A stretch of 64,000 bases of DNA from Utricularia gibba. Lineage: Eukaryota; Plantae; Magnoliophyta. Shown one piece after another: positions 55,201-64,000 of this stretch. The DNA is taken from NCBI GenBank assembly GCA_002189035.1, contig NEEC01000092.1, forward strand, positions 1 to 64,000, given 5' to 3'. The notes under the pieces were generated by a model. It was not told where the DNA came from. It did not search any database and was given only the letters and a program-made list of their open reading frames with translations. A program made the position numbers and the translations under genes. Position 1 is the stretch's first letter. Each line of letters starts with the position of its first letter.

Positions 55201-55601
55201 ATTAAAACCCAACGTTAATAAATGCATCACTTTTTTGCCGGGCTACAAATGTCTATGTACCCGAACGCGACTCGACCTCCTGCCCGATACCGGTGCCCCC
55301 ATAGAGCGCCTCCTCAAATATAAAGCATGCGATTGAGAAAACCATTTTGGGTGCTCATGAAATCCTATTTTCAATAAACGCATCAGGATTTTCGTCGAGT
55401 AGGATTGGGCTTCCCAACGAAAGCACCCGCTTAAAACGACAAGCTTTTCCTTCAAAACCATGTAGGCAGCTATTAAAACCAACGTTAATAAATGCATCAA
55501 GTTTTTTGCTGAGCTGCAAATGAGTATGGGACCGAGCCCAACTCGACCTTGGCCGATACCGTTGCCCCACTAGAGCGCCTCCTCAAATATAAAGCATGCG
55601 G
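43200..55601 (+). repeat. HOR domain V: 6- to 8-monomer HORs ending in V-C-D (modal 7-mer, ~2.18 kb)
   Basis: D starts at 44394, 46278, 48466, 50644, 53149 and 55333 (spacings 1884, 2188, 2178, 2505, 2184 = 6, 7, 7, 8, 7 monomers). Private SNPs repeat with this period (CCTACTCG, CGTCAAGTAGG, GGCAATGGAG, AAACAACAAGC). Confidence 0.88.
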
Positions 55602-56534
55602 TTGAGAAAACCATTTTGGGTGCTCATGACATCCTAACTTCAATAACTGCATCACGATTTTCGTCGAGTAGGACCCGATGTGGCAAAGGAGTCAGACAGA
55701 ACCTTGGGTCAGAACGAAGTTCCAACGACATCACCCGCCGAAAAACGACAAGCTTTTCCTTGAGAAACCATTGAGGCGGCCTATTAAAACCAACCGTTAA
55801 TAAATGCATCAAGTTTTTTGCCGAGCTACAAATGACTATGGGCCCGAGCTCGACTCGACCTCCTGCTCGATACCGTTGCCCCACGAGAGTGCCTTATCAA
55901 ATATAAAGAATGCGATTGAGAAAACCATTTTGGGTGCTCATGACATCCTAACTTCAATAAATGCATTACGATTTCGTCGAGTAGGACCTGATGTGGCAAA
56001 GGAGTCTGACCGAACCTTGGGTCTGAACGAAGTTCCCAACGACATCACCCGCCGAAAAACGACAAGCTTTTCCTTGAGAAACCATGTAGGCAGCCTATTA
56101 AAACCCAACGTTAGTAAATGCATCACGTTTTTTGCGAGCTACAAATGAGTATGGGACCGAGCCCGACTCGACCTTTTGCCGATACCGTGCCCACTAGAGC
56201 GCCTCCTCAAATAAAGCATGCGATTGAGAAAACCATTTTGGGTGCTCATGAAATCCTAACTTCAATAACTGCATCACGATTTTCGTCGAGTAGGACCGAT
56301 TTGGCAAAGGAGTCAGACCGAACCTGGGTCAGAACGAAGTTCACAACGACATCACCGCCCAAAAACGACAAGCTTTTCCTTGAGAAACCATTGAGGCGCC
56401 TATTAAAACCAACCGTTAATAAATGCATCAAGTTTTTTGCCGAGCTACAAATGACTATGGGCCCGAGCTCGACTCGACCTCCTGCTCGATACCGTTGCCC
56501 CACTAGAGCGCCTTATCAAATATAAAGCATGCGG

Positions 56535-59500
56535 TTGAAAAAACCATTTTGGGGCTCATGACATCCTAACTTCAATAAATGCATTACGATTATCGTCGAG
56601 TAGGACCTGATGTGGCAAAGGAGTCTGACCGAACCTTGGGTCTGAACGAAGTTCCCAACGACATCACCCGCCGAAAAACGACAAGCTTTTCCTTGAGAAA
56701 CCATGTAGGCAGCCTATTAAAACCCAACGTTAGTAAATGCATCACGTTTTTTGCGGAGCTACAAATGAGTATGGGACCGAGCCCGACTCGACCTTTTGCC
56801 CGATACCGTGCCCACTAGAGCGCCTCCTCAAATACAAAGCATGCGATTGAGAAAACCATTTTGGGTGCTCATGAAATCCTAACTTCAATAACTGCATCAC
56901 ACGATTTTCGTCGAGTAGGACCAGATTTGGCAAAGGAGACAGACCGAACCTGGGTCAGAACGAAGTTCACAACGACATCACTCGCCCAAAACGACAAGCT
57001 TTTCCTTGAGAAAACCATTGAGGCGGCCTATTAAAACCAACCGTTAATAAATGCATCAAGTTTTTTGCCGAGCTACAAATGACTATGGGCCCGAGCTCGA
57101 CTCGACCTCCTGCTCGATACCGTTGCCCACGAGAGTGCCTTATCAAATATAAAGCATGCGGTTGAGAAAACCATTTTGGGTGCTCATGATATCCTAACTT
57201 CAATAACTGCATCACGATTTTCGTCGAGTAGGACCCGATGTGGCAAAGGAGTCAGACAGAACCTTGGGTCCGAACGAAGTTCACAACGACATCACTCGCC
57301 CAAAAACGACAAGCTTTTCCTTGAGAAAACCATTGAGGCGGCCTATTAAAACCAACCGTTAATAAATGCATCAAGTTTTTTGCCGAGCTACAAATGACTA
57401 TGGGCCCGAGCTCGACTCGACCTCCTGCTCGATACCGTTGCCCACGAGAGTGCCTTATCAAATATAAAGCATGCGGTTGAGAAAACCATTTTGGGTGCTC
57501 ATGATATCCTAACTTCAATAACTGCATCACGATTTTCGTCGAGTAGGACCCGATGTGGCAAAGGAGTCAGACAGAACCTTGGGTCCGAACGAAGTTCACA
57601 ACGACATCACCGCCCAAAAACGACAAGCTTTTCCTTGAGAAAACCATTGAGGCGGCCTATTAAAACCAACGTTAATAAATGCATCAAGTTTTTTGCGAGC
57701 TACAAATGACTATGGGCCCGAGCTCGACTCGACCTCCTGCTCGATACCGTTGCCCCGAGAGTGCCTTATCAAATATAAAGCATGCGGTTGAGAAAACCAT
57801 TTTGGGTGCTCATGATATCCTAACTTCAATAACTGCATCACGATTTTCGTCGAGTAGGACCCGATGTGGCAAAGGAGTCAGACAGAACCTTGGGTCCGAA
57901 CGAAGTTCACAACGACATCACTCGCCCAAAAAACGACAAGCTTTTCCTTGAGAAAACCATTGAGGCGGCCTATTAAAACCAACCGTTAATAAATGCATCA
58001 AGTTTTTTGCCGAGCTACAAATGACTATGGGCCCGAGCTCGACTCGACCTCCTGCTCGATACCGTTGCCCCACGAGAGTGCCTTATCAAATATAAAGCAT
58101 GCGATTGAGAAAACCATTTTGGGTGCTCATGACATCCTAACTTCAATAAATGCATTACGATTCGTCGAGTAGGACCTGATGTGGCAAAGGAGTCTGACCG
58201 AAACCTTGGGTCTGAACGAAGTTCCCAACGACATCACCCGCCGAAAAACGACAAGCTTTTCCTTGAGAAACCATGTAGGCAGCCTATTAAAACCAACGTT
58301 AGTAAATGCATCACGTTTTTTGCGGAGCTACAAATGAGTATGGGACCGAGCCCGACTCGACCTTTTGCCGATACCGTGCCCCTAGAGCGCCTCCTCAAAT
58401 ACAAAGCATGCGATTGAGAAAACCATTTTGGGTGCTCATGAAATCCTAACTTCAATAACTGCATCACGATTTTCGTCGAGTAGGACCAGATTGGCAAAGG
58501 AGTCAGACCGAACCTGGGTCAGAACGAAGTTCACTCACTCGCCCAAAAACGACAAGCTTTTCCTTGAGAAAACCATTGAGGCGGCCTATTAAAACCAACG
58601 TTAATAAATGCATCAAGTTTTTTGCCGAGCTACAAATGACTATGGGCCCGAGCTCGACTCGACCTCCTGCTCGATACCGTTGCCCCACGAGAGTGCCTTA
58701 TCAAATATAAAGCATGCGGTTGAGAAAACCATTTTGGGTGCTCATGATATCCTAACTTCAATAACTGCATCACGATTTTCGTCGAGTAGGACCCGATGTG
58801 GCAAAGGAGTCAGACAGAACCTTGGGTCCGAACGAAGTTCCAACGACATCACCGCCAAAAACGACAAGCTTTTCCTTGAGAAACCATTGAGGCGGCCTAT
58901 TAAAACCAATTAATAAATGCATCAAGTTTTTTGCCGAGCTACAAATGACTATGGGCCCGAGCTCGACTCGACCTCCTGCTCGATACCGTTGCCCCAGAGT
59001 GCCTTATCAAATATAAAGCATGCGGTTGAGAAACCATTTTGGGTGCTCATGAATCCTAACTTCAATAACTGCATCACGATTTTCGTCGAGTAGGACCCGA
59101 TGTGGCAAAGGAGTCAGACAGAACCTTGGGTCCGAACGAAGTTCACAACGACATCACCGCCCAAAAACGACAAGCTTTTCCTTGAGAAAACCATTGAGGC
59201 GGCCTATTAAAACCAACGTTAATAAATGCATCAAGTTTTTTGCCGAGCTACAAATGACTATGGGCCGAGCTCGACTCGACCTCCTGCTCGATACCGTTGC
59301 CCCACGAGAGTGCCTTATCAAATATAAAGCATGCGGTTGAGAAAACCATTTTGGGTGCTCATGATATCCTAACTTCAATAACTGCATCACGATTTTCGTC
59401 GAGTAGGACCCGATGTGGCAAAGGAGTCAGACAGAACCTTGGGTCCGAACGAAGTTCACAACGACATCACCGCCCAAAAACGACAAGCTTTTCCTTGAGA

Positions 59501-62500
59501 AAACCATTGAGGCGGCCTATTAAAACCAACCGTTAATAAATGCATCAAGTTTTTTGCCGAGCTACAAATGACTATGGGCCCGAGCTCGACTCGACCTCCT
59601 GCTCGATACCGTTGCCCCACGAGAGTGCCTTATCAAATATAAAGAATGCGGTTGAGAAAACCATTTTGGGTGCTCATGACATCCTAACTTCAATAAATGC
59701 ATTACGATTATCGTCGAGTAGGACCTGATGTGGCAAAGGAGTCTGACCGAACCTTGGGTCTGAACGAAGTTCCCAACGACATCACCGCCGAAAAACGACA
59801 AGCTTTTCCTTGAGAAACCATGTAGGCAGCCTATTAAAACCAACGTTAGTAAATGCATCACGTTTTTTGCGGAGCTACAAATGAGTATGGGACCGAGCCC
59901 GACTCGACCTTTGCCGATACCGTGCCCCACTAGAGCGCCTCCTCAAATACAAAGCATGCGATTGAGAAAACCATTTTGGGTGCTCATGAATCCTAACTTC
60001 AATAACTGCATCACGATTTTCGTCGAGTAGGACCAGATTTGGCAAAGGAGACAGACCGAACCTGGGTCAGAACGAAGTTCACAACGACATCACTCGCCCA
60101 AAAACGACAAGCTTTTCCTTGAGAAAACCATTGAGGCGGCCTATTAAACCAACCGTTAATAAATGCATCAAGTTTTTTGCCGAGCTACAAATGACTATGG
60201 GCCCGAGCTCGACTCGACCTCCTGCTCGATACCGTTGCCCCACGAGAGTGCCTTATCAAATATAAAGCATGCGGTTGAGAAAACCATTTTGGGTGCTCAT
60301 GATATCCTAACTTCAATAACTGCATCACGATTTTCGTCGAGTAGGACCCGATGTGGCAAAGGAGTCAGACAGAACCTTGGGTCCGAACGAAGTTCACAAC
60401 GACATCACTCGCCCAAAAACGACAAGCTTTTCCTTGAGAAACCATTGAGGCGGCCTATTAAAACCAACCGTTAATAAATGCATCAAGTTTTTTGCCGAGC
60501 TACAAATGACTATGGGCCCGAGCTCGACTCGACCTCCTGCTCGATACCGTTGCCCCACGAGAGTGCCTTATCAAATATAAAGCATGCGGTTGAGAAAACC
60601 ATTTTGGGTGCTCATGATATCCTAACTTCAATAACTGCATCACGATTTTCGTCGAGTAGGACCCGATGTGGCAAAGGAGTCAGACAGAACCTTGGGTCCG
60701 AACGAAGTTCACAACGACATCACCGCCAAAAACGACAAGCTTTTCCTTGAGAAAACCATTGAGGCGGCCTATTAAAACCAACGTTAATAAATGCATCAAG
60801 TTTTTTGCCGAGCTACAAATGACTATGGCCCGAGCTCGACTCGACCTCCTGCTCGATACCGTTGCCCCACGAGAGTGCCTTATCAAATATAAAGCATGCG
60901 GTTGAGAAAACCATTTTGGGTGCTCATGAATCCTAACTTCAATAACTGCATCACGATTTTCGTCGAGTAGGACCGATGTGGCAAAGGAGTCAGACAGAAC
61001 CTTGGGTCCGAACGAAGTTCACAACGACATCACAAAAAACGACAAGCTTTTCCTTGAGAAACCATTGAGGCGGCCTATTAAAACCAACCGTTAATAAATG
61101 CATCAAGTTTTTTGCCGAGCTACAAATGACTATGGGCCCGAGCTCGACTCGACCTCCTGCTCGATACCGTTGCCCACGAGAGTGCCTTATCAAATATAAA
61201 GAATGCGATTGAGAAAACCATTTTGGGTGCTCATGACATCCTAACTTCAATAAATGCATTACGATTTCGTCGAGTAGGACCTGATGTGGCAAAGGAGTCT
61301 GACCGAACCTTGGGTCTGAACGAAGTTCCCAACGACATCACCCGCCGAAAAACGACAAGCTTTTCCTTGAGAAACCATGTAGGCAGCCTATTAAAACCAA
61401 CGTTAGTAAATGCATCACGTTTTTTGCGGAGCTACAAATGAGTATGGGACCGAGCCCGACTCGACCTTTTGCCCGATACCGTGCCCCAAGCGCCTCCTCA
61501 AATATAAAGCATGCGATTGAGAAAACCATTTTGGGTGCTCATGAAATCCTAACTTCAATAACTGCATCACGATTTTCGTCGAGTAGGACCAGATTTGGCA
61601 AAGGAGACAGACCGAACCATGGGTCAGAACGAAGTTCACAACGACATCACCGCCCAAAACGACAAGCTTTTCCTTGAGAAACCATTGAGGCGGCCTATTA
61701 AAACCAACGTTAATAAATGCATCACGTTTTTTGCGGAGCTACAAATGACTATGGGACCGAGCTCGACTCGACCTTTGCCCGATACCGTGCCCCACTAGAG
61801 CGCCTCCTCAAATATAAAGCATGCGATTGAGAAAACCATTTTGGGTGCTCATGAATCCTAACTTCAATAACTGCATCACGATTTTCGTCGAGTAGGACCA
61901 GATTTGGCAAAGGAGTCAGACCGAACCTTGGGTCAGAACGAAGTTCCAACGACATCACCGCCCAAAAACGACAAGCTTTTCCTTGAGAAAACCATTGAGG
62001 CGGCCTATTAAAACCAACCGTTAATAAATGCATCAAGTTTTTTGCCGAGCTACAAATGACTATGGGCCCGAGCTCGACTCGACTCCTGCTCGATACCGTT
62101 GCCCCACGAGAGTGCCTTATCAAATATAAAGCATGCGGTTGAGAAAACCATTTTGGGTGCTCATGATATCCTAACTTCAATAACTGCATCACGATTTTCG
62201 TCGAGTAGGACCCGATGTGGCAAAGGAGTCAGACAGAACCTTGGGTCCGAACGAAGTTCACAACGACATCACGCCCAAAAACGACAAGCTTTTCCTTGAG
62301 AAAACCATTGAGGCGGCCTATTAAAACCAACCGTTAATAAATGCATCAAGTTTTTTGCCGAGCTACAAATGACTATGGGCCGAGCTCGACTCGACCTCCT
62401 GCTCGATACCGTTGCCCCACGAGAGTGCCTTATCAAATATAAAGCATGCGGTTGAGAAAACCATTTTGGGTGCTCATGATATCCTAACTTCAATAACTGC

Positions 62501-62763
62501 ATCACGATTTTCGTCGAGTAGGACCCGATGTGGCAAAGGAGTCAGACAGAACCTTGGGTCCGAACGAAGTTCCCAACGACATCACCCGCCCAAAAACGAC
62601 AAGCTTTTCCTTGAGAAACCATGTAGGCAGCCTATTAAAACCAACGTTAATAAATGCATCAATTTTTTTGCCGAGCTACAAATGACTATGGGCCCGAGCT
62701 CGACTCGACCTCCTTCGATACCGTTGCCCCACGAGAGTGCCTTATCAAATATAAAGCATGCGG
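56535..62763 (+). repeat. HOR domain VI: 5-monomer HOR (Y-Z-W-W-W), ~1.56 kb, lacking C and D
   Basis: Y monomers start at 56535, 58105, 59652, 61209 and 62764 (spacings 1570, 1547, 1557, 1555). Each Y is followed by a Z (GGACCAGATT(T)GGCAAAGGAG) and then near-identical W copies; the fourth unit is Y-Z-Z'-W-W'. Confidence 0.85.
57162..57476 (+). repeat. Representative monomer (variant W, 315 bp) = half A (57162-57320, 159 bp) + half B (57321-57476, 156 bp)
   Basis: TTGAGAAAACCAT starts at 57162, 57321 and 57477. Half A contains TAACTTCAATAACTGCATCACGATTTTCGTCGAG; half B contains the homologous CCGTTAATAAATGCATCAAGTTTTTTGCCGAG. One HindIII site (AAGCTT) lies at the end of half A. Confidence 0.95.
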
Positions 62764-64000
62764 TTGAGAAAACCATTTTGGGTGCTCATGACATCCTAAC
62801 TTCAATAAATGCATTACGATTATCGTCGAGTAGGACCTGATGTGGCAAAGGAGTCTGACCGAACCTTGGGTCTGAACGAAGTTCCCAACGACATCACCCG
62901 CCGAAAAACGACAAGCTTTTCCTTGAGAAACCATGTAGGCAGCCTATTAAAACCCAACGTTAATAAATGCATCACGTTTTTTGCGGAGCTACAAATGAGT
63001 ATGGGACCGAGCCCGACTCGACCTTTTGCCGATACCGTGCCCCACTAGAGCGCCTCCTCAAATATAAAGCATGCGATTGAGAAAACCATTTTGGGTGCTC
63101 ATGAAATCCTAACTTCAATAACTGCATCACGATTTTCGTCGAGTAGGACCAGATTTGGCAAAGGAGACAGACCGAACCATGGGTCAGAACGAAGTTCACA
63201 ACGACATCACTCGCCCAAAAACGACAAGCTTTTCCTTGAGAAAACCATTGAGGCGGCCTATTAAAACCAACCGTTAATAAATGCATCAAGTTTTTTGCCG
63301 AGCTACAAATGACTATGGGCCCGAGCTCGACTCGACCTCCTGCTCGATACCGTTGCCCCACGAGAGCGCCTTATCAAATATAAAGCATGCGGTTGAGAAA
63401 ACCATTTTGGGTGCTCATGAATCCTAACTTCAATAACTGCATCACGATTTCGTCGAGTAGGACCGATGTGGCAAAGGAGTCAGACCGAACCTTGGGTCTG
63501 AACGAAGTTCCCAACGACATCACCCGCCGAAAAACGACAAGCTTTTCCTTGAGAAACCATGTAGGCAGCCTATTAAAACCAACGTTAAAATGCATCACGT
63601 TTTTTGCGGAGCTACAAATGACTATGGGCCGAGCCCGACTCGACCTTTTGCCGATACCGTGCCCCACTAGAGCGCCTCCTCAAATACAAAGCATGCGATT
63701 GAGAAAACCATTTTGGGTGCTCATGATCCTAACTTCAATAACTGCATCACGATTTTCGTCGAGTAGGACCAATTTGGCAAAGGAGTCAGACCGAACCTTG
63801 GGTCAGAACGAAGTTCACAACGACATCACTCGCCCAAAAACGACAAGCTTTTCCTTGAGAAAACCATTGAGGCGCCTATTAAAACCAACCGTTAATAAAT
63901 GCATCAAGTTTTTTGCCGAGCTACAAATGACTATGGGCCCGAGCTCGACTCGACCTCCTGCTCGATACCGTTGCCCCACGAGAGTGCCTTATCAAATATA

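Larger units (their letters stand above)
1..64000. repeat. Satellite DNA tandem array, ~313-316 bp monomer, ~205 copies, all in the same orientation; extends beyond both window edges
   Basis: The motif AAATA(T/C)AAAG(C/A)ATGCG(G/A)TTGAGAAAACCATTTTGGGTG(C/A)TCATGA recurs every ~310-316 bp from base 16 to the end of the window (e.g. TTGAG at 31, 341, 648; 57162, 57477). I saw no non-repeat sequence and no inverted copies. Confidence 0.99.

Noticed and set aside
45-63667. Hundreds of 60-217 aa ORFs on both strands (e.g. 43348-44001, 217 aa; 12712-13272, 186 aa)
   Set aside because: They are the same few peptides re-read from the repeat in different frames. Frames switch at random single-base indels, many start at TTG/GTG, lengths track monomer boundaries, and I recognise no protein domain. 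There is no support for coding or for a repeat-protein gene.
1-64000. CRISPR array
   Set aside because: There are no unique spacers between short repeats, the whole ~314 bp unit is repeated, and no cas genes are present.
1-64000. 5S rDNA, tRNA or snRNA tandem gene array
   Set aside because: The unit length is compatible with 5S arrays, but I see no 5S, tRNA cloverleaf or snRNA sequence. GGTTCGAGCTC only partly resembles a Pol III B box, has no matching A box, and is a local SNP allele confined to the first 13 kb.
1-64000. TATA-like AAATATAAAG and AATAAA motifs once per monomer as promoter or polyadenylation signals
   Set aside because: These are short AT-rich words inside a repeat with no associated gene, and there is no transcript evidence.
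1-64000. Homopolymer length differences (AAAA/AAA, CCCC/CCC, T6/T7) as variant markers
   Set aside because: They vary erratically even between otherwise identical HOR copies, which is typical of long-read error, so I did not use them for classification.

Overview
The entire 64 kb window is one uninterrupted, head-to-tail, single-orientation eukaryotic satellite DNA array of about 205 copies of a ~313-316 bp monomer (~46-47% GC). I find no gene, RNA gene, transposon, CRISPR array or unique sequence; every ORF in the track is a translation of the repeat. The monomer is itself an old dimer of two homologous ~157 bp halves (A and B, both starting TTGAGAAA(A)CCAT). Monomer variants, which I label C, D, T, U, V, W, X, Y and Z from diagnostic k-mers read by eye, form successive higher-order-repeat (HOR) domains: a 5-mer (~1.56 kb) at 4.1-10.3 kb, a 2-mer (~625 bp) at 12.8-27.9 kb, a scrambled zone at 27.9-32.5 kb, an irregular mosaic at 34.8-43.2 kb, 6- to 8-mers (~2.2 kb) at 43.2-55.6 kb, and a different 5-mer at 56.5-62.8 kb. 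A centromeric or pericentromeric location is plausible but unproven, and I cannot name the species or satellite family. Single-base deletions fall preferentially on positions that differ between variants, which suggests a long-read consensus built partly from mis-stacked reads, so the fine structure needs read-level confirmation. I see no evidence of a new protein-coding system. All counts and identities are manual estimates.
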